24,266 bases of DNA from a virus. Taxonomy: Duplodnaviria; Caudoviricetes. The position numbers and the translations under genes are program-made. Under the pieces are notes generated by a model. It saw only the letters and a program-made list of their open reading frames with translations, was not told the origin of the DNA and searched no databases. How positions within the stretch are numbered: position 1 is the first letter of the stretch; every line of letters begins with the position of its first letter. The stretch is from positions 1-24,266 of IMG/VR virus record IMGVR_UViG_3300042294_000789; one strand, given 5' to 3'. Of the stretch, positions 8,301-16,543 are shown piece after piece.

Positions 8301-10638
8301 GACCAATATTTCGGTAGGTCTTTAGGTCTTCAATATCTTTCATGCTTGGTATGGCAACACCGTCAGCGGTCTGCCACAAGTGAAGAGCATGTTCACGACC
8401 GTTAACACTGGACGGTCGAATCATAACCATGTCATCAACTTGGCCGACAACCTGCGGAGACAACTGTTCCGGCAGTGCGCCCTCTGGTGTCAACTTTTCG
8501 ACACGAGCGGCAGCATACAACTCGTCTGCGGAATAGCCAGTAGCAAGATCATCAATCCTATGAAGAATTGTATCCTTGCTGAAATCAACACCACGCGACG
8601 CTGCAGCGGAACGAATCAAACCGGCAACAAGAAGACGCCTCTGGCCGGGATTAGATGCACGAAAAACGTCAGACAAATACGTTGCATGGTACTTTGTGAG
8701 GAATGACCTGGCAAACATGTAAAATGTTTTAGCGTCGCTAGCATCAGAAGTAACAATGTAGTTCTTGTTCGGAAGGCTGGCAAACTTCTGAAAAACCCTG
8801 TCAATGCCGCGACCAATATTGCCTTTGGCGAAAATTGAACGCGACTGGTCCGCCGCACCAATAGCAAGACCGTTATCGAACATGATGCGAGACACGTCTT
8901 CGGCTGTAGCACCTGGTCCGTAAAACTTATCAATAACCTGCTTGGCACGCGCCTTCGGCATCACCGTTGCAGAAATTGCAATAGCACCCTGCTGCCGGAG
9001 GAAACGGCCAAGAGACATGCGTGGCATCATCGCCTGACGTGTCTGAGGCAACGTAGTGTACAGTCGCTCAAACAGGTTCTTTTCAGCAAGAATTGACTGA
9101 GCAGCCCGGTTTGCTTCAGGAACAATACCGCCACGAACAAGAATATTTGCCTGATTGGCCTGATTAATAAAGTCTGCAAAGTCGTCAACGTTCTTAAACT
9201 TCTGAACCTTGATCTCTGTTATTACCTCGTCAGGTACTTCCTTGTACTGTCTGGCAATAACTCCGCGAACTCTAGCCGCTTCCCCAGCATCCTTAATTCC
9301 GTCAAGATCCCTGAGGTCAGTTATTAACCTATCAAAGTATGCACGGGCACGGTTGGTTTCAACGCCAGCAATAACCTTTGGTGCCAGCGCAACAGTAACA
9401 TCCTGACCTGGGGCAATCTTTGTTAGCGCGTACTTGACGCCACGCATGGCATTGATTGCCCTGCCAGCAAAAATGGTCGGGTCAATAAATCCGGCACCAA
9501 TGCTCAGTGCGCCTGATGCCCTCTCACGCCAAACCGTGCCAGACCCAAGATCACCAAAAAACGAGTTGTAAAGAACCGGACCTGTAGTTCCAAGATTCGC
9601 CTCATCAATCTTTCTAGCAAGTTCCATCAACTGCGGGTTAGAATCTGCCGCGTAAAGAAGTTGACGGAAAATAAGCCCAGCATCGTCTGTGGCGTACTTG
9701 TCCATAGCCATGACTTCGCCAACGTGATCCTCGGCATTGTTTGCCTGCGCCTTGGCAATGTCAACCATGATGTCAACAGCGAGAGGATCGTACTCTTTCT
9801 TTAGCCGGTCAATGCTGTCCTGGTCGAAGTTTCCAGCCTCAAAGTTACCCCAGCCGATAACGTTTCTCTCGGACGGTGGGGTAAACGGGTTGACCTGCAT
9901 GGAGAAGCGGATACCCTGCTGGCCCTCTTCCCAGATGGTTTGAAGTGCTTTGAGTGCGGCACCGCCACCAGCAGCAAGGGCGTTGATGAAAACGTTTCCC
10001 TCGCCCTCTTCAATTGTGGCAAGGCCGCTAGCAATCTTTTCGGCAACAATATCGCCAATCGCGGCACGCATAAGAGGATTCGCTGTAGCCATAATGTTGC
10101 GCTGACGAATCTCGTCACTTGTTGACAAGATCATTTCAGCAGCCTCATTGGCCGCAACATAGTCAACTAGGCGGGCAATGTCCTCTTCGTTGACATCCTC
10201 ACCGTTCGCTTGTGCCTGGACTACAGCGTCAAGAAGAGTCGGGTACGTTCCAAGTTTACGTATCTTGTTCCGGTCAACACGCCTAGCAATAGACTTACGG
10301 ACAGAATCCTCGGCCTCTTGTGACCAAAACTCAGACCCAAGTCTGCGCACAGCGGTCTGTGTAGTAGCGTCCTCGTACTGTGCCGCAAGTTCAGGGTTCT
10401 TCGCGTACTTCAGGAATCGAAGAACATTCTGTCCTTCAATTTGACCCTCAACAAGTTCACGCTCGGCAATCGCCCTGTCGGAAAAGTCCTCTTCCGGCAT
10501 GAGGTCAACGGGTGCCTGCTTGCGTAACTCTGAAGCAAACTGCTCAACCCTAGGCCACGGATTCCTTGGACTGTACTTTGTGGGATTCTGCGCTTTGGCT
10601 TCTTGTTCAAGCCTGTCTGCGGACTTTGCCACTACCAT
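5269..10638 (-). CDS. Very large probable internal virion (DNA ejection) protein
   Basis: 1789 aa uninterrupted ORF of mostly helical composition, without tape-measure-type repeats or recognisable polymerase motifs. Size and context resemble podophage ejection proteins. The start may be GTG at 10632. Confidence 0.65.
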   Translation of the reverse strand: MVVAKSADRLEQEAKAQNPTKYSPRNPWPRVEQFASELRKQAPVDLMPEEDFSDRAIAERELVEGQIEGQNVLRFLKYAKNPELAAQYEDATTQTAVRRLGSEFWSQEAEDSVRKSIARRVDRNKIRKLGTYPTLLDAVVQAQANGEDVNEEDIARLVDYVAANEAAEMILSTSDEIRQRNIMATANPLMRAAIGDIVAEKIASGLATIEEGEGNVFINALAAGGGAALKALQTIWEEGQQGIRFSMQVNPFTPPSERNVIGWGNFEAGNFDQDSIDRLKKEYDPLAVDIMVDIAKAQANNAEDHVGEVMAMDKYATDDAGLIFRQLLYAADSNPQLMELARKIDEANLGTTGPVLYNSFFGDLGSGTVWRERASGALSIGAGFIDPTIFAGRAINAMRGVKYALTKIAPGQDVTVALAPKVIAGVETNRARAYFDRLITDLRDLDGIKDAGEAARVRGVIARQYKEVPDEVITEIKVQKFKNVDDFADFINQANQANILVRGGIVPEANRAAQSILAEKNLFERLYTTLPQTRQAMMPRMSLGRFLRQQGAIAISATVMPKARAKQVIDKFYGPGATAEDVSRIMFDNGLAIGAADQSRSIFAKGNIGRGIDRVFQKFASLPNKNYIVTSDASDAKTFYMFARSFLTKYHATYLSDVFRASNPGQRRLLVAGLIRSAAASRGVDFSKDTILHRIDDLATGYSADELYAAARVEKLTPEGALPEQLSPQVVGQVDDMVMIRPSSVNGREHALHLWQTADGVAIPSMKDIEDLKTYRNIGPEWLQQGVNLPQHITDMWSLGTLYGWRFSQRAAIEDYWGYVVTSGRLDYLYKGRKAAMALREARPNIAVVGNGVDVADNKVVVKSRLGMFAKRFRKIGDKVDESTDYGSPSLTSQILSVAFLENLNEAEVVAANAAFKSGDAEALKALYMKSMGRYRLSGLTQQNMDDLSDLVDTGIGLKQIDEVTEQGAMINSGSLPNPNLSVPGTDLPGIKTFSVPDNAKTVLGGFVDIPKGAKNYNLYWFNSLHGILELDGPIGKIAVSDIYNKDRAVERIANAIRNDTEFGYKDRLSMIYTGDTSIDEFARRYYEDVVNMFSNKDGKINKKLVDLVAPVGEDGFRIVDIYDIDEAGEKILKISPAGMRSYADDAPEFVLGRNEIPMPQTEGDLIDRAWNVLGEQYNRISKEPIVFANYLEQRDVLRPYEQQLAAVVGESAARNITKKMAVERSIGFTLSYTDNPANRSQLAWKVRNFSRYYRATEDFYRRFFRVAKNYPVAFWKTALTYQLLDDTGVIMEDDNGNKYFAYPGSDILQSAIRASTTWLWGDNIHLDLKPSFFGGQVNMLAPSSDINQIAPTPTGPVGVIPFKVLFAKFPELQRFERYVLGEYAAQGSWYDSLVPGQAARVLRAMSTDERYSLYGSAIMDALAIGVAEDLIPSDFTNIDQISQSDEMQGIRNIAWGTVITKLLMGFAVPASPQVYSETATAYARENGIESMRSAFLELIRAYDGDIQKAYRQWWRLNKGGDLMPFTVSRTEVSKEKVASFADVRPVLGLEQWYKDNKELYKKYPNASLLLAPKTGDFSFDSWNLLTKTLEIRTPKDVNEFMLDALSAKTQYQYMATLADYRKDIDALDPRVEADRKRISDLEDMRADDVNWLESQDPYWAQNRAENSNRMQATNYASTIYAEAKVMVNELKESGKATDVSSSIRSAIYTYEDYMTDIRMITGSTEAERDLKRQLRYEMERDLETVAARNENVRSFVERVLYWEPILQMTVPLAVRALVQIPRKRARKA

Positions 10639-11075
10639 CCTCTACGACGAGCAACTTCCAGCAGGTAACCCACTGAACCGTCACTGTCGTAAGGTAAAAG
10701 TTTCAAAAGCGTGTCAGAAAGATTCACGCTACGCATAGGGCTACGCATCGGCGGGGGTCCGTCGCCTGGACCAAACGGTGCACCGGCAGTCACTGGCTCA
10801 TCTGGTCTCTGCGTGGGAGAAAACAGCGGCACCGGACCCTCACCACCACCACGCGGTTGACGTGGGCGAGGTGCACGAGCAGTCGTCTGACCAGCAGCCG
10901 ACATCGGTGCAGCAGCCTGCATCGTGTTAAACTCAGCATTCTCCCCATACGGCATACCAGTCATAGTTGCCTGAGTCTGCTGGGGGCCACCATCCGTGCG
11001 CTGCGACAACTGACCAGGACCAGAAACAGGAGCCGGGTTACGGGGAGTACGCTTACCACCCTGACCGTTAGCCAT
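10632..11075 (-). CDS. Pro/Gly/Gln-rich conserved phage protein (147 aa)
   Basis: ATG at 11075 with GAGGA SD: MANGQGGKRTPRNPAPVSGPGQLSQRTDGGP...GMPYGE...PTQRPDEPVTAGAPFGPG, a pattern recognised from portal-proximal genes of actinobacterial phages. Confidence 0.75.
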   Translation of the reverse strand: MANGQGGKRTPRNPAPVSGPGQLSQRTDGGPQQTQATMTGMPYGENAEFNTMQAAAPMSAAGQTTARAPRPRQPRGGGEGPVPLFSPTQRPDEPVTAGAPFGPGDGPPPMRSPMRSVNLSDTLLKLLPYDSDGSVGYLLEVARRRGW

Positions 11076-11340
11076 TATCCTCATCCTCCACATAGACGAT
11101 ACGCGGGTCCACAAGTTCCTTCTCAGGAACCGGACCGAACTCGTCTTCCTCTTCGTCATCTTCCACAAGAACACCGTACTGGGCCAAAGTCATCATCGAC
11201 TGGTCCAGCAGTCTGTTCATGCGAGTGATCATGTCATCAGCAACATCAGGTGACCAAGCGACACCTTGGGCGACAATCGCCAAATGCAGGTCAAGGTAGG
11301 CAACATGCACACTCATATCCCTCGCTGGAATCTTCATCAC
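11068..11340 (-). CDS. Small acidic hypothetical protein
   Basis: 90 aa with AAAGGG SD, acidic C-terminus (EDDEEEDE) and overlap with the downstream start. Confidence 0.7.
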   Translation of the reverse strand: MMKIPARDMSVHVAYLDLHLAIVAQGVAWSPDVADDMITRMNRLLDQSMMTLAQYGVLVEDDEEEDEFGPVPEKELVDPRIVYVEDEDNG

Positions 11341-11358
11341 GTTGCCCTTTCCCTTAAA

Positions 11359-11502
11359 CTACTTCGTTCCGCTACCCTTGGTTCCCTTGACGTGCACGCC
11401 CTGCTTGATCAGATCAGCGTTGGACGCCTTGCTGCCTGCTGCACCCTTAATCGGGGCTGAGACATGCGGCTTACCGTGCGTTCCCTTATTGGGCTGTGGC
11501 AT
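11359..11502 (-). CDS. Small basic protein (47 aa)
   Basis: AGGAG SD then ATG at 11502: MPQPNKGTHGKPHVSAPIKGAAGSKASNADLIKQGVHVKGTKGSGTK. Confidence 0.7.
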   Translation of the reverse strand: MPQPNKGTHGKPHVSAPIKGAAGSKASNADLIKQGVHVKGTKGSGTK

Positions 11503-11512
11503 TACTGCTCCT

Positions 11513-11779
11513 CTACCATTTGACTTTATCAGCCCAATACGCGGCTGACATTTTACCTTTTTGAATGTTCTTAGCGTGACGTGCCTTAAATGATGCCTGC
11601 CGCTTCGTTGGCTGCCTGTCACCAGTGACACCTTGCTGCCCGAAACGGATCGTCTTAACCTGCGAACCCTCCTTAGCCACAACAACATGCGACTTAGTGG
11701 GGTGATTCGGTGTGCGCTTCGGCTTGTTGTAGCCAGACACACCGGCACGCTTCAAACGCGGGTCAGGCTTACTTGCCAT
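11513..11779 (-). CDS. Conserved basic viral protein (88 aa; DUF5754-like)
   Basis: MASKPDPRLKRAGVSGYNKPKRTP...KTIRFGQQG...SFKARHAKNI.KGKMSAAYWADKVKW, a motif widespread in environmental phages. The family name is from recall and unverified. Confidence 0.75.
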   Translation of the reverse strand: MASKPDPRLKRAGVSGYNKPKRTPNHPTKSHVVVAKEGSQVKTIRFGQQGVTGDRQPTKRQASFKARHAKNIQKGKMSAAYWADKVKW

Positions 11780-11960
11780 TATGCGGCCTCTTCTTGTGAT
11801 ACGCCTTACTAGCCTTAATAGCCTCTTGCTTCGACTTCGCACCAGACTGCTTAGTCACGTTGATACGGCCACCCTTACCCTTAGGATGCTCCACAACGTA
11901 GTCACCGGACTTGTTCTTCTTGAACGTGTGCTTAACCCCGGTGATCTTCCTAACGGCCAC
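11769..11960 (-). CDS. Small basic protein (63 aa)
   Basis: Lys-rich ORF with a GTG start and GAGGG SD; 11-nt overlaps at both ends. Confidence 0.7.
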   Translation of the reverse strand: MAVRKITGVKHTFKKNKSGDYVVEHPKGKGGRINVTKQSGAKSKQEAIKASKAYHKKRPHNGK

Positions 11961-12108
11961 GAGCAGCCCTCATGTTATCCACAGCATTCGGGTACTTACG
12001 TCCAGCCTTCTTCGCTGCAGCCTTAGCCTTAGCCTTCTGAGCGGGCGACAGTGGGGTGGACTTCTTCTTCGGGTTCGGCTTCTCCCACACGGGCTTCTTA
12101 CTTGCCAC
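11950..12108 (-). CDS. Small basic protein (52 aa)
   Basis: Hand-translated: MASKKPVWEKPNPKKKSTPLSPAQKAKAKAAAKKAGRKYPNAVDNMRAARGR; overlaps both neighbours. Confidence 0.75.
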   Translation of the reverse strand: MASKKPVWEKPNPKKKSTPLSPAQKAKAKAAAKKAGRKYPNAVDNMRAARGR

Positions 12109-12268
12109 GCTTCTTCGCCTTCTTCTTAGCCATGCCAGCCTCAGACATTGCGATAGCGACAGCCTGCTTGCGGGACTTCACGACCGGACCCTTCTTGCCG
12201 GAGTGCAGCGTGCCTTCCTTGAACTCCCGCATAACCTTGCGGACTTTCGCCTGCTTCTTAGCGGCCAC
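12098..12268 (-). CDS. DUF6496-like small basic protein (56 aa)
   Basis: Hand-translated: MAAKKQAKVRKVMREFKEGTLHSGKKGPVVKSRKQAVAIAMSEAGMAKKKAKKRGK; 'KVM.EFK.G.LHSG...V.SRKQA.AIA.SEA' matches the recalled DUF6496 pattern. Confidence 0.8.
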   Translation of the reverse strand: MAAKKQAKVRKVMREFKEGTLHSGKKGPVVKSRKQAVAIAMSEAGMAKKKAKKRGK

Positions 12269-12422
12269 GACCTTTACCCTTCGGCTTGTTCTGGGGATTG
12301 GGTTTACCCCAAAGGCCAGCGAGATACTTCTCGTAATCAGCCGTACTCATAAACGGCTTCCCACCGCTAGGCTTCGGCTTTGGCTTGGGCTTCGGGTTAC
12401 CCTTGGACATTTTACCAGGCAT
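12258..12422 (-). CDS. Small Lys/Pro-rich protein (54 aa)
   Basis: Hand-translated: MPGKMSKGNPKPKPKPKPSGGKPFMSTADYEKYLAGLWGKPNPQNKPKGKGRGR; AAGGA SD and TAATG coupling. Confidence 0.7.
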   Translation of the reverse strand: MPGKMSKGNPKPKPKPKPSGGKPFMSTADYEKYLAGLWGKPNPQNKPKGKGRGR

Positions 12423-12559
12423 TACTGGTCCTTTGACGGCTTCGCCAGGGGCGACACGGTAGTCTTAACGTTAGGCATCACGGAAGAATCCTCAGGATGG
12501 TTACCGTCCCCACCGGCCTTACCAGTAGGGTCCATCCAGCAGCCACATGAAATGCACAT
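12422..12559 (-). CDS. Small protein with N-terminal CxxCGC motif (45 aa)
   Basis: Hand-translated: MCISCGCWMDPTGKAGGDGNHPEDSSVMPNVKTTVSPLAKPSKDQ; exactly fills the gap between its neighbours. Confidence 0.65.
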   Translation of the reverse strand: MCISCGCWMDPTGKAGGDGNHPEDSSVMPNVKTTVSPLAKPSKDQ

Positions 12560-12561
12560 AG

Positions 12562-12663
12562 TTACTTCTTCTTCTTCTTGGCGGCAGCCTTCTTGACGGC
12601 CTTCTTCGGCATTTCCTTCATCATCGGCTTCATCGACTTGCCAGCCTTCTTACCGTACATCAT
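12562..12663 (-). CDS. Very basic microprotein (33 aa)
   Basis: AGGAG SD right after the portal stop: MMYGKKAGKSMKPMMKEMPKKAVKKAAAKKKKK. Confidence 0.7.
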   Translation of the reverse strand: MMYGKKAGKSMKPMMKEMPKKAVKKAAAKKKKK

Positions 12664-12670
12664 GCTGCTC

Positions 12671-14545
12671 CTAGATAGGTAGGCGGCGAGAAATACCCGC
12701 CGACAACTGAGGTTGACCACCAGCGCCCAAAGACGCCATAAGCATCTGCAAATCGGGGCGACCACCAGCAGCCATGCCAGCCTGACCAGCGGCAACACCA
12801 CGAAGAAGCCCACTAGACGACAAGCCCTCTAGGTTTTCACCTGGACCACCGGGGGGAGCCTCACCAGGGGTGCCGACCATCCCTGCGGCTTCCGCACCTA
12901 GGGACTCAACCCCCGGCGGTACAGGCATCTCCTCAGGCATAAACGCCTCAGACACAACCTCTTCAATAGGTTTGCCCTTTTGACGGCCAAGGATAATCGC
13001 GGACAGGCGTGATAGAATCTCGCCAGGGTCTTGACCCGCTTGTGCGAGAACGGGAATAGCCTGGGCGTACCCGGCTACAGCCTGCTTCAATGCGTCGCGC
13101 ATCTCTTCGATATCGACGCGCTGCTCCTCCTCGGATGCGTTCAAGGCGAATGGCATTTGTCGCCTGAGGAAGTCGCGCGAAATCAGGCGGTCACCGCGAG
13201 CCTGCAAACCAAACACCAGTGCACGGTTCGGGTCCAAACCGGCCATGAGGCCATACTGGACATCAACCGTGTGGTCGCCCTTAATATCAGTATCGGGGCG
13301 GTAACGGATCTCGTACGGTGTGCCGTCAGCGTTTCCACGCAACGTCTTTGTCTCGCTGCCGAAAAGTGCTTCGTCAACGAGGAAAGCCTTACGCACCAGG
13401 TTCTGCAACGTCTTAGCGAACATTGCCTGACCCGTGCGGATCTGGGTATCGAACCCTGACATGAGGGACTGCACGCCACGGCCAGTGACAATACTGCCCT
13501 CAACCTCACCCGTCCTAGCGTTCGGGTAGCGGGAGCCCTGACGCAACTCTTGGTCAAGGAGCCCCTGCTGGGCGAACGCGGCCTGCGGAACCTCAATCGG
13601 TACGCGGCGCACACGCTCACCATTAGCGGTACGGATAACAGCATCCGGCCCTAGGGAGAGTTCCTGCGCGTCAGGCGGCAGAACGATAGGTGCCTGCACG
13701 CTCTTGGTTGCCGCCTCCAGTGACAGGAGGGCGAAACGTGCCTTGGCGACCTGTACGGCGAGAACGTCATCAAACTGCCCGTGCGACTGTGTATCGACAC
13801 CGGGGCGTTGTGTCCATTCGATCAGGCATTCCCCGATGGGGTTCTTTGCCTGCTCCAGAATGATACCGTTGCGGGTCGGCAGGAACAGCATGTCCACGTC
13901 ACGGTCGTGGTAGCGGACAACCTCAATCAACTCCAGCCCAGTGGAGGACTGTCGGATGATTGACTCTGCGTGCGGGTACATGGCGACAAGTTCGTCACGG
14001 TTCTTGTAGAACGAGAAGAACCCGGCCTTGCAGAAACCCCAACGGTCAAACACGGGGTATGCGCCCACGGAATCCATGAACGTGATGCGCGGCATACGGT
14101 CGTCGGCGTCAATCTCAATCATCGCCGGGACGAAACCGTACGTGAAATACCTGTCCGTCGCGGTGTACATTTGACGCTGCAGGTCAGAGAAGTCAATGTA
14201 GCCGTTCACGATCCTGGTGCGCTTCTCAGCGAACCGGCGACCGGAATCCGTGATCATCTTGGATGACGCACAGTTGAACGCGGGTAGCGGGGCAAGCACC
14301 TCGGCGAGGTCACGGGCCGCGACATCGACCATGTTCGCCACGATGCCCTGATCGAACGGGCCGTCAGGGAACAGGTCAGGGTACACGTCCCTCATGCGGC
14401 CTTGGCGGACAGCAAGAACCTGCTGCATCTTGCCGTCACGTTCAGCGAACTGTGCCTTGATGCGGTTGTAGTGTGCGCTCACATCGCGGATACGCGCATT
14501 GGTGGGTTCACCAATCGCCGTAATGTCGCCGTAATTGATACTCAA
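12671..14545 (-). CDS. Portal protein (podophage/P22-like head-tail connector)
   Basis: 624 aa directly downstream of the terminase; TTG start with AGGAG SD. Motifs 'IVANMVDVAARDLAE', 'HGQFDDVLAVQ' and 'SIVTGRGV', with a low-complexity Pro/Gly/Ala C-tail typical of such portals. Confidence 0.85.
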   Translation of the reverse strand: MSINYGDITAIGEPTNARIRDVSAHYNRIKAQFAERDGKMQQVLAVRQGRMRDVYPDLFPDGPFDQGIVANMVDVAARDLAEVLAPLPAFNCASSKMITDSGRRFAEKRTRIVNGYIDFSDLQRQMYTATDRYFTYGFVPAMIEIDADDRMPRITFMDSVGAYPVFDRWGFCKAGFFSFYKNRDELVAMYPHAESIIRQSSTGLELIEVVRYHDRDVDMLFLPTRNGIILEQAKNPIGECLIEWTQRPGVDTQSHGQFDDVLAVQVAKARFALLSLEAATKSVQAPIVLPPDAQELSLGPDAVIRTANGERVRRVPIEVPQAAFAQQGLLDQELRQGSRYPNARTGEVEGSIVTGRGVQSLMSGFDTQIRTGQAMFAKTLQNLVRKAFLVDEALFGSETKTLRGNADGTPYEIRYRPDTDIKGDHTVDVQYGLMAGLDPNRALVFGLQARGDRLISRDFLRRQMPFALNASEEEQRVDIEEMRDALKQAVAGYAQAIPVLAQAGQDPGEILSRLSAIILGRQKGKPIEEVVSEAFMPEEMPVPPGVESLGAEAAGMVGTPGEAPPGGPGENLEGLSSSGLLRGVAAGQAGMAAGGRPDLQMLMASLGAGGQPQLSAGISRRLPI

Positions 14546-14554
14546 ACGCTTCTC

Positions 14555-16432
14555 CTACGCTCCGATGGGGTTCCATGCCCCTGCTGCTTCAGCCTCCAAC
14601 AGGCTGACGGTGCGCTGCTGGTCCCTATCCCACTTAGTCAAGAACGGGTTGTTTACGTGCGTGCGGGTGTAGTTCGATGCCAACATAACCCGGTCCCTGC
14701 AGGCAAGTTCAGCGAACCACAGGGCCATCACGATGTCTGTCTTCTGGTTCTTCGGCGCGTCAGGGTGCCACGTCACCAGTTGCTCCACGAGCGACTTCGC
14801 CGCCTCGTTGCCGTGCGTAGATGGAAGTTCAATAAGTTGCCGCTTGTCCTCCCACCCGTTGAAGAGGGTGGTCATGGAGGCGACACCGAAATCTGCGTCG
14901 TGCTTGTTTTGGCCGGTGAAGTGGGGGCGAATCACCGTGCCCCGTGCCGCACAGAACTCGTTAATCTCACGGTCGTGCACCAGGAACCCTTGGAAGCCGT
15001 TACGTTCAATACGCCACTCAATAATCTTGTAGCGTTCCGTCCACGAACGGATCATCTCCCGCATGGCCTCAGGTGTGATACCTGGCTTGTTGTACACGTC
15101 CAGCACGTACCGGCGCTGGTTCTGGATATCTAGGCCGACAACTACGGCGGCAGTGTGACCTGAGGTTGCGGGGTCAAGACCTGCCACGATGATCAAACCG
15201 TCCATGCCGTTCTCGCGGCAGTTCACCATGCCCCTGGGTATCGGGCCGGTCATGCGGTTGCCGTTGATGGCGGTACGGACAGCCTCGCCGTTGAACACCG
15301 CGTCATCGGCTACCTGCTGCTGCTGGTACACCATCGCCCACGCGCGAGGCGAAACCCTACGGCGTTTCTGTGACAGTCGGGGACCATCCCACTTCGGGAA
15401 CAAACCGTCAACGTCAGGTTCGACACCGCGAGTACCAGGCTCCGGCTGATTGCTCCTGGGCCACAACGTAACCCAGTCGTCGGCTTGGTCAGAGAAGTCC
15501 AGCACGGCAGGCATCGACAGGTACGACCACGGCGATTCCTCATCAGGGTACCTGTGGGGGTCACGAAGTTCCGAATACAAATCCTTAGACGCCAGACGGG
15601 TACCCACGATCAGCATAGAACCCGTAGCCGACACGCGGGAGATAACCTCAGCCTGCAGCCAGTCAATCTGCTTATCGTACTCGTGGGCGTTCGTGAGATC
15701 CACGCAGTCATCCATGATGATCAAATCAGCACGGGCACCGTAAATGTGGCCCCGGATACCCAGGGCCTGAACCGTGGGGTCCTTCTCGCCAGAGTCACGG
15801 GCGTCATCAGAAATGTAGATCATCGACTGGTTCCACGCCTCAGAGTTCTTATCGAACCCCCCAGACGGGCCGTAGTCCGCGATCATCTCATCATAGCGGG
15901 GATGCGTCAAACGGGTCTTGATGGCGTACAGCATCTTCTTCGCCATCTCAGCCGTCTTACTGACCACGATCACCCTGATGTTCGGGTCCATGCAAATGCG
16001 GTACACCACATAGTTGATAGTGATAGAAGTCGTCTTGGCGTGTTCGGGTGGCATGTTCACCATCACCAGGTCACGCTCACCAGGCTCAAACACCATCGAC
16101 GGGTGCACCCAAGAAGGCTCACGGCCCTCAATCAAATCCACCACATTCCCCATGTGAGGGAACACCCTGGCGTCCAGGTACTTCTCGGAGAACTCAGGGA
16201 ACGGCATCCAGTCCCGTTCACGCGGCCCAGAGATACGCTCCAGAGACCTGATCCGCTCAACGGCGGTCACGAAATCCTTATCGTCCCGCCGCCACCTCTC
16301 ATAGGTGGAACGGTTACGGCCAACAGCCTGAATCGACTGCTCCACGTTCAAGCCACGCTGGAAGTTCCTCAGGAACTCCTGCTTCGCGGCCTCAACAGTC
16401 TGGCCTGTCTTCCGACCAGCACGAGCGGCCAA
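14555..16432 (-). CDS. terL: Terminase large subunit with N-terminal HTH extension
   Basis: Walker A-like 'NMPPEHAKTT', 'IYGARADLIIMDD' Walker B, 'IVGTR' coupling motif, and RNase H-like nuclease motifs 'AGLDPA', 'IERNGFQ' and 'TDIVMALWFA'. TTG at 16432 follows GGAAGG (the ORF track extends it to 16468). Confidence 0.93.
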   Translation of the reverse strand: MAARAGRKTGQTVEAAKQEFLRNFQRGLNVEQSIQAVGRNRSTYERWRRDDKDFVTAVERIRSLERISGPRERDWMPFPEFSEKYLDARVFPHMGNVVDLIEGREPSWVHPSMVFEPGERDLVMVNMPPEHAKTTSITINYVVYRICMDPNIRVIVVSKTAEMAKKMLYAIKTRLTHPRYDEMIADYGPSGGFDKNSEAWNQSMIYISDDARDSGEKDPTVQALGIRGHIYGARADLIIMDDCVDLTNAHEYDKQIDWLQAEVISRVSATGSMLIVGTRLASKDLYSELRDPHRYPDEESPWSYLSMPAVLDFSDQADDWVTLWPRSNQPEPGTRGVEPDVDGLFPKWDGPRLSQKRRRVSPRAWAMVYQQQQVADDAVFNGEAVRTAINGNRMTGPIPRGMVNCRENGMDGLIIVAGLDPATSGHTAAVVVGLDIQNQRRYVLDVYNKPGITPEAMREMIRSWTERYKIIEWRIERNGFQGFLVHDREINEFCAARGTVIRPHFTGQNKHDADFGVASMTTLFNGWEDKRQLIELPSTHGNEAAKSLVEQLVTWHPDAPKNQKTDIVMALWFAELACRDRVMLASNYTRTHVNNPFLTKWDRDQQRTVSLLEAEAAGAWNPIGA

Positions 16433-16543
16433 AGTTTCAAACCTTCCGGTATAAGCCAAGACAGGCACAGGAAGAGTCTTGGCAGGTAATAGTGGGGGAG
16501 GAGGGACGTACCTTTAAGGGGAGTCCCGACGAGCCCACCCCCA

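Noticed and set aside
5269-10638. Virion RNA polymerase (N4-like) or tape measure protein
   Set aside because: No recognisable polymerase catalytic motifs, much shorter than the N4 enzyme, and no periodic tape-measure repeats or adjacent tail-tube/chaperone genes.
11975-11983. Isolated perfect DnaA box TTATCCACA
   Set aside because: A single copy inside a coding region (A-V-D-N codons); compatible with chance.
12051-12596. 181-aa hydrophobic plus-strand ORF resembling a membrane protein
   Set aside because: It is the antisense mirror (Phe/Leu from AAG codons) of the Lys-rich microgenes.
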